Counted from the first letter of the stretch, positions 33,236 through 45,296 are shown. The stretch: DNA of 64,000 nt from an uncultured Pseudomonadota bacterium (GCA_963817285.1 CAWFOE010000008.1:12990-76989), one strand, 5' to 3'. A program made the numbers and translations. The notes: generated from the letters alone by a model not told the origin.

Positions 33236-33778
33236 ATGAAGCGCCAAGTCATCTATCTCTCTGCGTTGCTCGCTCTCATCACCCTGCCCGCCTTCGCGGC
33301 CATCGGCGTCGGCGACACGGCTCCTGACTTCACGGCCCAGGCCTCCCTGGCCGGCAAAGAATTCACTTTCAACCTGGCGGATGCCCTCAAGAAAGGTCCG
33401 GTGGTGGTGTATTTCTATCCGGAAGCCTTCACCAAAGGCTGCACCATCGAAGCCCATGAATTCGCTGAGGCCACGGACAAATACGCGGCCCTCGGCGCCA
33501 CAGTGATCGGCGTGTCCCATGACAAGATCGACAAACTGGACAAGTTCTCCGTGAGCGAATGCCGCAACAAGTTCGCGGTCGCCGCAGATCCGGACTTGAA
33601 AGTCATCCATGCCTACGGCGCGGCGCTGCCGGGCCACGAAGCCTATGCCAACCGTACGTCTTATGTGATCACGCCGGATGGCAAGGTCATCTACACCTAC
33701 ACCGCCATGGACCCCGACCAACACGTGGCCAACACGTTGAAGGCCATCCAGGACTGGAAGAGCAAACAACCCAAATAG
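33236..33778 (+). CDS. Periplasmic peroxiredoxin (BCP/PrxQ family)
   Basis: Signal peptide, GDTAPDF, YFYPEAFTKGCTIEA. Confidence 0.92.
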   Translation: MKRQVIYLSALLALITLPAFAAIGVGDTAPDFTAQASLAGKEFTFNLADALKKGPVVVYFYPEAFTKGCTIEAHEFAEATDKYAALGATVIGVSHDKIDKLDKFSVSECRNKFAVAADPDLKVIHAYGAALPGHEAYANRTSYVITPDGKVIYTYTAMDPDQHVANTLKAIQDWKSKQPK

Positions 33779-33796
33779 GCATGGTGATATGCACGG

Positions 33797-33832
33797 GCGG
33801 CGGAGGGGCTCCCCTTCCGCCGCTCTTTTTTT
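33797..33832 (+). terminator. Intrinsic terminator after peroxiredoxin
   Basis: GCGGCGGAGGGG / CCCCTTCCGCCGC stem followed by a T run. Confidence 0.8.
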
Positions 33833-33952
33833 GAGCTGCCCCAAGACCTTATTTAACCCACATGTCATGTCACCCGGGTCAACGGCCCCGGAGCCGGACC
33901 GTTGCTGCTTGGGAAGCCTCCCTCCCAAGGTCAGCACATGCAGGAAGTCACC

Positions 33953-35429
33953 ATGAGATACCGGCACGGGCTGCTGACAGCGGCCTTACTGGTGATGTCG
34001 GCGGGCGTATCCGCTTCCGACGACACCCAGGCGCTGCACGTGCTGAACCGCATGGCCTTCGGCCCGCGCCCAGACGACGTGCAGCGGGTGGATGCCATGG
34101 GTGTGGATGCTTATATCACCCAGCAACTGCATCCTGATTCGATGCCCCTACCGGAAGACCTGCAGCAACAACTGGACGCGCTGGATACCCTGAAGCTCTC
34201 TCCTACTGAACTCTTCGAGAAATACGGCCCGCCTGAGCGCAAGCAAGGCGGCGACCTCACCCCTGAGCAGCTCAAAGCCCTGAAGCAGCGGGACCGCATG
34301 GTGGCGGAACAGGCCATGGACTCTCATCTGCTGCTGGCCATCGAGAGCCCGCGCCAGCTGCAGGAAGTGATGGTGAATTTCTGGTTCAACCACTTCAACG
34401 TGTTCGACCAGAAGGGTCTCGTGTCCATCTGGGTCGGGAGCATACGAACGCGACGCCATCAGGCCGCATGCTCTCGGCCATTTCCGCGACCTCCTGTACG
34501 CGACCGCCAGGAGCCCCGCGATGCTCTTCTATCTCGACAACTGGCTCAATAGCCAACCCGGCGCGCCCCACTCCCGCAAGCGCTTCTCAGGCATCAACGA
34601 GAACTACGCCCGGGAAGTGATGGAGCTGCACACCTTGGGAGTGGACGGCGGCTATACGCAGCAGGATGTCACCATCCTCGCGCACATCCTCACCGGCTGG
34701 GGCCTCTGCCCGCGCAAAGGCCGTCACGCAGACCCCGGCGCGTTCTGTTTCGATGACAAGCGTCACGACTACTCAGACCAGGTATTCCTGGGACACAACA
34801 TCCCAGGCGGTGATGAACGGGAAGCGGAGCAAGCCCTCAATATCCTGGCCGCGAGCCCCGCGACCGCAAGACATGTGAGCTATGAGCTCGCCCAGTATTT
34901 CGTGGCCGACACGCCGCCCCCTGCCCTGGTGGACCGGATGGTGCAGAAGTGGGTCGCTACTGATGGCGACATGGCTGCAGTGCTGGGCGAGGTATTCCAA
35001 AGCCCGGAGTTCTGGTCGGCGAACAACAGCGGCAACAAGTTCAAGACGCCCTATGAATACGTGGTATCAGCGGTGCGCGCGGATGGCGTCTCCGTGAGCG
35101 ACCCGCGTCCCCTGCTCGGCAGCCTGCGACAGCTCGGCATGCCGCTCTTCGGCTGCGTCACGCCGGACGGCTACAAGAACACCCAGGATGCCTGGTTGAA
35201 CCCTGAGGCCATGACCCAGCGCCTGAGTTTCGCCACCTCCCTGGGCCACGGCAACCTGCCCCTGGACCCGAACGCCATGGACACGGAGAAGCCGGAACAG
35301 CACGCCGCTGATCTCTATACGACCCTGCGAGGGCTCTTCAGCGCGGAGGAGATCGCCACCATCGATTCACAGACCAAGGAACTGCGGCCCGCGCTGATAC
35401 TGGGCAGCCCGCAGTTCATGTATCGCTGA
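33953..35429 (+). CDS. DUF1800 family protein (frameshift near 34440)
   Basis: LNRMAFGPRP, LQEVMVNFWFNHFNV, MLFYLDN, NENYAREVMELHTLG, KFKTPYE. Confidence 0.88.
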
Positions 35430-35442
35430 TAGGAGATCACTC

Positions 35443-36681
35443 ATGGACCGTCGCGCATTCCTCCGTCATCTGATGTTCGCTTCGGGCGGCCTTCTACTCT
35501 CGGTAGGCAGCCGCGGTTGGGCAGCCCAACTCGCCGACTCGGCCGGGAACGGCAAACGCCTGGTGGTGGTATTCCTGCGAGGCGCGGTGGATGGTCTCAA
35601 TGTGGTGGTGCCTTGGGCGGATGGGCGCTACTACGAGGCACGTCCCACCATCGCCGTGCCGAAGCCGGGCCAGACTGGCGGCGTCACGGACCTGGATGGT
35701 TACTTTGGTCTGCATCCATCTCTGGCTGCCATGCTGCCCTACTGGCAGGGGAAGACCCTGGCCTTCGTGCAGGCCAGCGGTTCACCGGATCCAAGCCGCT
35801 CCCACTTCGAAGCCCAAGCGTTCATGGAGAGCGGCACGCCTGGAGTGAACACGACACCCGATGGCTGGATGAACCGTCTCCTGGGCGCGTTACCTGGACC
35901 GCGCTCGCCCACCGAGGCCTTGAACCTCGGCCCCACCCTGCCGCGCATCCTCACCGGATCCAACAGCGTCTCCAGCCTGCCGCTCGGCCGCAACGCCGAT
36001 CACCCCATCGCGTTGGACAAACCCAAAGTGGCGGATGCCTTCAGTGCGCTCTACCAAGGCGACACGCCCTTGGCCAAGGCTTTCCAACAGGGGCAGCAGG
36101 CGCGCGGCGAACTCATGAGCGATCTCGCCAAGGACATGTCGGACTCTTATAACGGCGCGCCCTCGGTGGATGGCTTCAGCCAGGACAGTGGGCGACTGGC
36201 AGAACTCATGACCCGCGATTCCAGCATCCGTCTCGCGTTCCTCGCAGTGGGCGGTTGGGACACCCACGTAGGTGAAGGTTCTTCGAGCGGACAGCTGGCA
36301 CGGCATCTGCAGTCCTTGGGGAGCGGCCTCGCTACCCTGGCCCAGGGACTCGGCCCGACCTATGACGATACCGTGATCCTGGTGATGTCGGAGTTCGGGC
36401 GAACTTTCCGGGAGAACGGCAACGCTGGCACGGATCATGGTCACGGCAACAGCATGTGGCTCATGGGCGGGAGAGTGAAAGGCGGCAAGGTCTACGGTGA
36501 ATGGCCGGGTCTCGGCGATGATCAGCTCTATCAGAACCGGGATCTCGCGGTCACCACGGATTTCCGTCAGGTGATCAGCATTGTGCTCACCCGGCATCTG
36601 GGCTTAAGCGATACGGCCATGAGCCGCGTGTTCCCCGACGGCATCGGCACCAGCGCGAAGCTCGGGGGGCTCCTCGGCTAA
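35443..36681 (+). CDS. DUF1501 family protein, Tat-exported
   Basis: DRRAFL twin-arginine signal, FLRGAVDGL, RSHFEAQ, GWDTH, SEFGRT..ENG..GTDHGHG. Confidence 0.9.
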   Translation: MDRRAFLRHLMFASGGLLLSVGSRGWAAQLADSAGNGKRLVVVFLRGAVDGLNVVVPWADGRYYEARPTIAVPKPGQTGGVTDLDGYFGLHPSLAAMLPYWQGKTLAFVQASGSPDPSRSHFEAQAFMESGTPGVNTTPDGWMNRLLGALPGPRSPTEALNLGPTLPRILTGSNSVSSLPLGRNADHPIALDKPKVADAFSALYQGDTPLAKAFQQGQQARGELMSDLAKDMSDSYNGAPSVDGFSQDSGRLAELMTRDSSIRLAFLAVGGWDTHVGEGSSSGQLARHLQSLGSGLATLAQGLGPTYDDTVILVMSEFGRTFRENGNAGTDHGHGNSMWLMGGRVKGGKVYGEWPGLGDDQLYQNRDLAVTTDFRQVISIVLTRHLGLSDTAMSRVFPDGIGTSAKLGGLLG

Positions 36682-36938
36682 TCGATCAGCGGATGCCCCT
36701 TGGGCAACTTGTGGGAATACCAGATGGCCAACCTGTGCCGCATGGATTGCTGGGACACCTGCTCTTCCGGCATCGGTTGGATCAGCTTGTCGTGCACCAG
36801 CAGGCGGTAGATGTAGAGGATCTTGTCGGCAGCCGAATCCGTCGGCTCGAACACGGCGGCACCCCGGTCTTCGGCGTATTTCACGCCGGCCAGGATCGCC
36901 TCCTTCACCAGCTCCGCTTCGTGTCTGAGTTTCTTCAT
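36678..36938 (-). CDS. Small conserved protein (DUF5062-like)
   Basis: MKKLRHEAELVKEAI..YAEDRG..FEPTDS..YRLLVHDKLIQP. Confidence 0.7.
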   Translation of the reverse strand: MKKLRHEAELVKEAILAGVKYAEDRGAAVFEPTDSAADKILYIYRLLVHDKLIQPMPEEQVSQQSMRHRLAIWYSHKLPKGHPLID

Positions 36939-36958
36939 GGCGACTCAACCATAACAGA

Positions 36959-36992
36959 ATGGCCCTGGGGCGCATCTGCGTCCCAGGGCCAT
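36959..36992. terminator. Stable hairpin after the Pro-rich gene
   Basis: ATGGCCCTGGG / CCCAGGGCCAT inverted repeat. Confidence 0.5.
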
Positions 36993-37003
36993 AGCGCTTA
37001 AGT

Positions 37004-37591
37004 TCACCAGGTGCTGTCAGCGTCGGTCGGCGGGGGTGTGGTAGCCGGTGCCGAACCAGCAGGCGGCGGAGCCGGGGGATTACCCGGCGGCGGAGGCGGC
37101 GGGGCGGCCTGCACCGGAGCCGCGGGGGTCGCCGCCACCTGCTCCCAACCCACCGGGCACTGGGTCACGTAGGGGTAATAGTTCTGGGCCGAAGCGCAGT
37201 AATACCAGAAGGCGGGGGCCGGCGCGCCATCAGGCGGCGCATCGGTGGGAGCAGCCTGCTGCACGATCACCGTGGAAGGCACATAGGGGTCGGGATAAGG
37301 ATAGACGGGCACGCTGTAGAACACCCAGGCACCGCCCACTATCCACCACCAGCCGAAGTGATTGTTGTGCCAGTCATGTCGCCAATAACCGCCACGCCAA
37401 GCACCATAATCGAAATCATGGAAGTGGTGGATATCGCCATGCCCCCACACCACCCCACGTGAATCCACGGGATGTCCTACAGAATGCACGACTACCGGGA
37501 AGTGCCGATGCTCGTCGGCCAGGGCACCGGAAGCGAGCGCCATGGTCACGGCGAAGGCGAGTAACTTGGGGACCTGATTCCGGAATTGCAT
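37004..37591 (-). CDS. Secreted His/Trp- and Pro-rich hypothetical protein
   Basis: Signal peptide, WRGGYWRH..GWWW, WYYC..YYPYVTQCPVGW, Pro-rich tail. Confidence 0.75.
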   Translation of the reverse strand: MQFRNQVPKLLAFAVTMALASGALADEHRHFPVVVHSVGHPVDSRGVVWGHGDIHHFHDFDYGAWRGGYWRHDWHNNHFGWWWIVGGAWVFYSVPVYPYPDPYVPSTVIVQQAAPTDAPPDGAPAPAFWYYCASAQNYYPYVTQCPVGWEQVAATPAAPVQAAPPPPPPGNPPAPPPAGSAPATTPPPTDADSTW

Positions 37592-37723
37592 GGGCCTACC
37601 TCCAGCGGATACGGGGTTCATATGTATGACACTGTATATAACGGCCGGTCACTACGCGAGTTGACGGAATATTTCCGGCAGACCTGATTGCAACGAAGTG
37701 TTGCAGACCCTGCCTCTTCGCCT

Positions 37724-39121
37724 TCACCCTGCTGCGATGGCACTGACATCCGGAGGCAGTTCAGCGCCTTCCCGTGGCAGGATGATACGGGCCCGTAGAC
37801 CCGGCGCAGCATCTTGCAGCTGTAGCGTCCCACGATGCAGATGGGCGATGGCCGTGACGATGGAAAGACCGAGGCCGCTGCCTGGCACCCGGGTCTCGAG
37901 ACGGTAGAACCGCTCCGTGACCTTGGCCATGGCATCTGCCGGCACACCGGGCCCGCGGTCTTCGACTTCGATGATGATGTGCGCCGGCTCCTCCAGGACC
38001 CTGACCTGGATGGTGGTCGAAGCGTCCGCATACTTGATGGCGTTCTCCACAAGGTTGGCCACTGCAGCAGAGAGGAGATGCCTGTCCCCCAGGATCGCAG
38101 CATGGTCCCTCACTTCAGCGGAAAGCACCATGTCGCGGGTCTCGGCCACGGCGTCATAGAGTTCCACCACGTCGGTGACGACTGTTTGCAGATCCACAGG
38201 CTCAAAGGGCTGCCGGCGAGCACCGGATTCCGCTTCGGCCATCTGCAAGAGCCGCTCGAACACCACGATCAACGCGTCGATATCCTGGATAGCGGCGACG
38301 GCAGCCTCGGAGACCGGTGTGGTATCACGGTGATGCCTGAGGGCTTCCTCCAGACGGGCGCGAGTACGTCCGAGGGGTGTGCGCAGGTTGTGGGCGATGG
38401 TGTTGGAGACATGCCTGACCCCTTCCATCAGCTGCTCGATGCGATCCAGCATGTGGTTGATGTCGCGGCTGAGTCGGGTGAACTCGTCTTCAGCGGAAGT
38501 GACGGGGATGCGTTGACTCAAGTTGCCCGACTGGATCTCGAGGGCCGTGCGGCGGATAGCAGAGATGCTCCTGGCGAACTGGCGCCGGAACAGCAAAGCA
38601 CCGGCGAAGACGAGCAACAGGGCGGTACCGCCACCCAGCACCAGGGAACGCCATACCAGTTCCTTGATGCGCTCCTTGTCGCGCATGTCCCGGCCCACCA
38701 ACAAAGCAGCCCCGTCGGGCAAGCGATGCCAGAGGAGTCGGCTTACGGAAGGCCGTGCCATACCGGGTGACCGAACCGGTCACTAGGTATCGAACGCCGC
38801 ATCATCCATCTGCCAGCCGTTCAGGTTACCGGTGAGCCTTTGCCCGTGAGGATCCAGCAACAGATAGACTTCCGTGTCCTGGTTCATGCCATCGTTCAGG
38901 AGCTGATCTATCTCCTTCTTCAACCCGCCGAGGCCTTCGTTCTGATAGCTGTCGGTCAGACCCTGGGAGCTGGCTTCGAGCCGGCTATCGATATCACGTG
39001 CCTGCACCACCACGGTGCCGTAATAGAACGTCGCGGATATCACCCCCAGGGAGACCGATCATCAACGCTGCGTACAGACGAGCGCGATACGGAAGGTGAC
39101 CGAATCCCATAGCCTAGTCAT
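37724..39121 (-). CDS. HAMP sensor histidine kinase (several frameshifts in the 5' third)
   Basis: IAHNLRTPL H-box, NLVENAIKY, EDRGPG, GSGLGL; ATG overlaps the response-regulator stop. Confidence 0.85.
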
Positions 39122-39799
39122 CGGACCTGGATCGTGTAACCCACACCACGCAAGGTGTGCAACAAGGGCGGAGAGAAGCCTCTGTCTATCTTGTTGCGGA
39201 GACGACTTATCTGCACGTCGATGATGTTGGTGCCCGGATCGAAGTGGCAGTCCCACACCGACTTCCAGGAGCATGGTGCGGGTGATCACCTGGCCCTGGT
39301 GGCGCACCATGAACTCCAGCAGACGGAACTCACGCGGCCTGAGCGCGATCGGCTTGCCGGCACGCTCGACCTTCCGTTTGACGAGATCCATGCGCAGGTC
39401 GGCGATCCGGAGTTCGGGCCTTGCTCGTTGTGCTGCAGCGTACGGCGCGTGAGAGCCTCGACGCGCGCCATCAATTCCGAGAACGCGAAAGGCTTGGTGA
39501 GGTAGTCGTCACCGCCGTCGCGCAGACCCCGCACCCGCTCGTCGAGGCTGGCGAGGGCACTCAGGATCAGCACCGGGGTGGCCTTACCTGCATCACGCAC
39601 GGACTTGAGTATCGACAGGCCGTCCACGTCGCCCGGCAACATGCGGTCCAGGATGATGACGTCCCATTGTCCACCGACGCCGAGACGCAGGCCTTCGCCG
39701 CCGTCACCGCATAACACGACGCTGTGACCTTCCTCCTCCAGTCCTTTACGGATGTAATCGGCGGTCGTCGTCTTCATCTTCTATGACTAGGCAGCGCAC
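39118..39799 (-). CDS. OmpR-family response regulator (three frameshifts)
   Basis: LVIED, ILDRMLP, DDYLTKPF, REFRLLEF, TNIIDVQISRLR, LHTLRGVGY found across frames. Confidence 0.85.
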
Positions 39800-39835
39800 G
39801 TGTTCACTCCTTGTTCCGCGATGATGGCGGATGCG

Positions 39836-41680
39836 TCAATGTACATCACAGAAACAATAAGCATAGATCCCGCGTGGGTCGTCGAATATCGAAAGCGAAC
39901 CTGCGAGCCGCATGAGCCTGGCATACCAAGGGGCCGTAGTGGCGGCACCCGGCAGGCTGAAGCCGCCGAGGGCGGTATCCGAATCGTCCGCCATGCTAGT
40001 GATCACCCGTTCAAAGAAGCTGGGTTGCTTCTCGATGTAATCCACCGAATAACGGCTGCCTATGTCTGCGAGCTTGGCGGCTTCCGCCACCGCATCGTCC
40101 ATGTCTCCGTAAGCATCCACGAGACCGAGGTGCTTAGCCTCGCTACCTGCCCACACCCGGCCTTGGGCGATGGCATCCACATCATCCACTTTCATATGCC
40201 GGTTCTTCGCCACCTTGGTGATGAACTCCCGGTAACCATGATCGATGCTGAGTTGGAACGCCTGCTGCATCTCCGGCGCCATAGGTCGGGTGATGTCGAA
40301 GGCATCGCTGAGCTTGGTGGTGCCGACGCCGTCTGTGTGCACACCGATCTTGCTCAGGGAATCCTGGAAGGTAGGCAGCATGCCGAAGATGCCGATGGAT
40401 CCAGTGATAGTAGAAGGACTAGCGTAGATCTTGTCGCCAGCCATGGATATCCAGTAACCGCCGGAAGCGGCCACATCGCCCATGGAGACCACCACGGGCT
40501 TGCCTGCCTCCTTGGTGAGTTCGATCTCGCGCAGGATGAGATCGGAAGCGAAGGAGCTGCCTCCTGGGCTGTCGACCCGGAGCACGACAGCCTTGATGGA
40601 ATCGTCGTAGCGCGCTTCGCGGATCAATTCTGAAGTGGAGTCGCCGCCGATGCTGCCTGGGGGTTGGTCGCCGTTCATGATGTCGCCTTCCGCCACCACC
40701 ACGCCCACTCTGTTGCCGCCCATGGTCTGGCCGCGTCCGTCGCCGTCCACCGCATCCAGATACTGTCGGTACTCGACGCCACGGAAGCTGTGGTTTGCGC
40801 GGCCCACGACCTTGGCCACCGCGTCTTCCATCTGATCATGGTCGGCGATCTTGTCTACCAGTTTGGCATCCAGAGCGAGCTTGGCCCCGTCACCGTCCAC
40901 CGCAGCCAGATTGGCTGGCACCCCATCTATATAGTCCTTGATGGCGTCACCAGGGAGCTTGCGCGCCCGCGTGACATCCATCTGATAACCAGCCCACAGC
41001 GTGCCCAGCAGATCGCTGTAATCCTCCCGTGCTTCGGGGGACATATCGTTGCGGATGAAAGGTTCCACTGCCGACTTGTACTTACCCACCCGGAACACGT
41101 TCCAATCCACCCCTAGCTTGTCCAGGGCGTCCTTGAAATACGGTTGGTAGATGCCGAAGCCGTGCAAGAACACCTCCCCCTGGGGATGGATGAAGATCAC
41201 ATCGGCGTTTGACGCCAAGTAGTACTGGGCCTGGTCATAGGAATCGCCGAGGGCGAACACCGTCTTGCCCGCCTTCTCGAAATCGCGCACCGCATGGGCG
41301 ATGTACTGGAGCTGCTCCATACCGGCGCCTTCCATCTCGTCGGTCTCAAGCACCAAGGCCTTGATGCGATTGTCATCCCTGCCCATGTCTATAGCTTCCA
41401 CCACGTCCCGCAGGCGGGTCTGAGGCTGTTGCTTCTGGCCCAGGAGCCGGTTCATGGCACGTTGTGTGGGATCGCCGGAGAACTGTTCCACCAGATCGCC
41501 TTGCAGATCTACCACCAAGGCCGCCGTGGACGGTATGACCACATGCCGGGCGCCGAAGGCACCCAGCACGATCAGCAAGACGATGACGGTGATGACCACA
41601 TTGATCACGACGCGGCAGAGGAAATCCCATAGCCGCCACATGCCACCGAAGATATGCACGAAGAAGTTCTTTTCACTCAT
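39836..41680 (-). CDS. sppA: Signal peptide peptidase SppA (67K type)
   Basis: GKYKSAVEP, LRVDSPGGS, SMGDVAASGGYWI, TGSIG. Confidence 0.95.
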   Translation of the reverse strand: MSEKNFFVHIFGGMWRLWDFLCRVVINVVITVIVLLIVLGAFGARHVVIPSTAALVVDLQGDLVEQFSGDPTQRAMNRLLGQKQQPQTRLRDVVEAIDMGRDDNRIKALVLETDEMEGAGMEQLQYIAHAVRDFEKAGKTVFALGDSYDQAQYYLASNADVIFIHPQGEVFLHGFGIYQPYFKDALDKLGVDWNVFRVGKYKSAVEPFIRNDMSPEAREDYSDLLGTLWAGYQMDVTRARKLPGDAIKDYIDGVPANLAAVDGDGAKLALDAKLVDKIADHDQMEDAVAKVVGRANHSFRGVEYRQYLDAVDGDGRGQTMGGNRVGVVVAEGDIMNGDQPPGSIGGDSTSELIREARYDDSIKAVVLRVDSPGGSSFASDLILREIELTKEAGKPVVVSMGDVAASGGYWISMAGDKIYASPSTITGSIGIFGMLPTFQDSLSKIGVHTDGVGTTKLSDAFDITRPMAPEMQQAFQLSIDHGYREFITKVAKNRHMKVDDVDAIAQGRVWAGSEAKHLGLVDAYGDMDDAVAEAAKLADIGSRYSVDYIEKQPSFFERVITSMADDSDTALGGFSLPGAATTAPWYARLMRLAGSLSIFDDPRGIYAYCFCDVH

Positions 41681-41734
41681 GGTGATCGTGGGCCCTTTAG
41701 CTGGATATCGACCCGGATTCGTCTCCGGACAGGT

Positions 41735-43102
<1,368 letters not shown>

Positions 43103-43111
43103 TTAGATACT

Positions 43112-43249
43112 AAGAGTTCTGGTTGGCGGTGGACGCCAACTCCCCCGCTTCGCTTCCTGCTACACGGGCAGGCCCGTGCAGGCTATCCCTGCCTGCCCGT
43201 TCGACGCTCACAACATGCCTTCGGCATGTGCATGTTAGAGCAGTCTCAC
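43112..43249. repeat. Structured intergenic repeat, copy B
   Basis: Colinear with 48868-49020; hairpins GTTGGCG/CGCCAAC, ACGGGCAGGC/GCCTGCCCGT, ACATGCC/GGCATGT. Confidence 0.9.
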
Positions 43250-43278
43250 CCATCTCGTTCCAGCATCGCTTTGCCTCG

Positions 43279-45228
43279 TCAGTGATGCGTGCCGCTCGCC
43301 GGCATGAGCATGAGTTGCTGCAGGTCGTGCTGTAACACCGCCTGCTGGGATGGATCCCGGGTGGCGTTCAGCAACCCCTTGTAGAGATTACGTGCGTCAT
43401 CGATGTAGCCGGCCTTGGCCAGCATCTGCGCTGCCTGATAACGGGCGGTCTGGGCCCACTGATCCATGGCATAGGGATCCAGCAGCAGGGCGGAACGCAG
43501 ATATAGCTCCGACGCCTTGAGGTAATCCCCAAGAGCCTTATGGGAATCTGCAGTCCAGTAGAGCATCTGTCGTCGCTGTTCCGGTTGCAGAGGCATCTCG
43601 AGCAGTGCCTCGAAGAATGGGATGGCGTCCTTGTCTCGGTGCAGGGTCTGGAGATCAAAGAGCACTTGCAATACATCGTCAGCATCCACGGGGGTCGCGG
43701 CCGGCGTGGCAGCCTTGGCTCCTGCAGCGGTGACGGGTGCTGGCGCCGCGTCTTTCTTCGCGAGCAATTCCTTGAGAGCTGCCACCCCTGCATCCGGGTT
43801 GCCACCCAGGATGAACACGTGGGCTCGCTTCAACTGCCAGGCGCTGTCGGCAGTATCGGGGGGCGGCGTATCCAGGCCCTGCATGAGTTCGGAAGCGAGG
43901 GCGATATCAGGTATCTCCAGCACATCGTCCACCAGGAGATAGCGCACGTCCGCGGGAATCTCCGCGACGCCCTTGAAACGAGAGGAATCGAGATACAAAC
44001 GTCGCAGCAGCACATCCCCCAGTCGCTGCTTCTGGATGAGGGCGGCGAACTGCCATTGGGCCACGCTCACCTGCTGGGGATCGCTGGCCTGATACGCCAC
44101 CACGCTGAACAACGAGGCGGCGCGTATGGGATCGGTATCGAAGCGGTTGGAAGCCGCCAGGAACCAAGCTTGATCGTCGCCCACCACCAACTGGAGTTCG
44201 TTGCCGAGCTCTTCGCCGTAGGCCACGTAAGCATCCCACAGCATGTCGGGCGTGAGCCTGAAGATGTCGTCCTGATCCAAAACGCCGGCCTGGAGACCGA
44301 GGCCATCCTGCAACGCGCTGATGCGCGCCGCTGGATTCTTGAGATCATCCGCTGCTTCTGCCGCGATCACCCAGGCGTGCACCCGTTCGCTCTCGCTGGC
44401 GTCGCTGTCGCTGCCGATCTTGACCGCTTGGGCGAGCGCATCGGGCGGGGTCATCTCGCCGGAACGCAGCGATGCCAGCAGGGCCAGCATGTCCGCTTCG
44501 GGCCCGTTCACATCCTGCAGCACATCGAGAGCAGATTCCGGTTGCTGGGTCTTGAGGAACAGGCGTGCTTCCAAGAGCGGCCAATCCCCCGTGTCCTTGG
44601 GATAGTCCTGGCGATACCGGATGACGGCGGTACTGGCATCGTCCAACCGGCCTGCAGCGATGTAACTGCGGATGAGCAGACGGCGCAACTCTGCGAGCTC
44701 ACGGTCATCCGGCGGAGCGCCCGCATCCCACACCAGGGGCAGGAGCAGATCCCGAGCTTTGGCGGCATCGTTGAGGTGCAGCCAGGCGTCGGCCGCCTGC
44801 ATCTCCTCCCAGGCCCGGAAGTCTGCACCCGCATCACCAGGCAGGTGCTTGGCCCGGCCTATCACCGCCTGCCAGTCCCCACCGGACTGATATATATAGA
44901 TGCGCTCCCGCTCCCACGCCATCCAGCCTACCGCGTCTGCGGTGAAATCCGGCTGGTGTTCGTCCATGAGCTTGAGAGCAAGCTTAGGTGCCCCCGCAGA
45001 GGCCATCCCGCTCACGGTAGCGAGAGTGATGAGGTTCGGGTCCACGGGTGCCGCGCTTGCAGCAGCGGGTGCAGCGACGGTGGCTGCCACGGGTACCGCC
45101 TTGGTCGCAGCGGCCGGCGTCTTGGTCTTGTGCTTCTTCGCCGGTGCAGCCCATGCGCCCGCGCCCGCGCCCGCCGACAGCAGGAGGGCGAGCGACAGGA
45201 TGAGAGTTATACGCGCGCGGTGTTGCAT
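43279..45228 (-). CDS. Large exported helical-repeat (TPR-like) hypothetical protein
   Basis: Signal peptide, Ala/Pro linker, TPR-like helical repeats (YLKASELYLRSA, ARNLYKGLL). Confidence 0.7.
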   Translation of the reverse strand: MQHRARITLILSLALLLSAGAGAGAWAAPAKKHKTKTPAAATKAVPVAATVAAPAAASAAPVDPNLITLATVSGMASAGAPKLALKLMDEHQPDFTADAVGWMAWERERIYIYQSGGDWQAVIGRAKHLPGDAGADFRAWEEMQAADAWLHLNDAAKARDLLLPLVWDAGAPPDDRELAELRRLLIRSYIAAGRLDDASTAVIRYRQDYPKDTGDWPLLEARLFLKTQQPESALDVLQDVNGPEADMLALLASLRSGEMTPPDALAQAVKIGSDSDASESERVHAWVIAAEAADDLKNPAARISALQDGLGLQAGVLDQDDIFRLTPDMLWDAYVAYGEELGNELQLVVGDDQAWFLAASNRFDTDPIRAASLFSVVAYQASDPQQVSVAQWQFAALIQKQRLGDVLLRRLYLDSSRFKGVAEIPADVRYLLVDDVLEIPDIALASELMQGLDTPPPDTADSAWQLKRAHVFILGGNPDAGVAALKELLAKKDAAPAPVTAAGAKAATPAATPVDADDVLQVLFDLQTLHRDKDAIPFFEALLEMPLQPEQRRQMLYWTADSHKALGDYLKASELYLRSALLLDPYAMDQWAQTARYQAAQMLAKAGYIDDARNLYKGLLNATRDPSQQAVLQHDLQQLMLMPASGTHH

Positions 45229-45241
45229 CGGTTCACTGATG

Positions 45242-45268
45242 AAAAAACGGGCGCCTGGGCGCCCGTTT
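45242..45268 (-). terminator. Terminator of the rpsP-rplS operon
   Basis: AAACGGGCGCC-TG-GGCGCCCGTTT plus a T run on the minus strand. Confidence 0.8.
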
Positions 45269-45296
45269 CCTTAAAACGAATTCCGACCCTTGAGGT

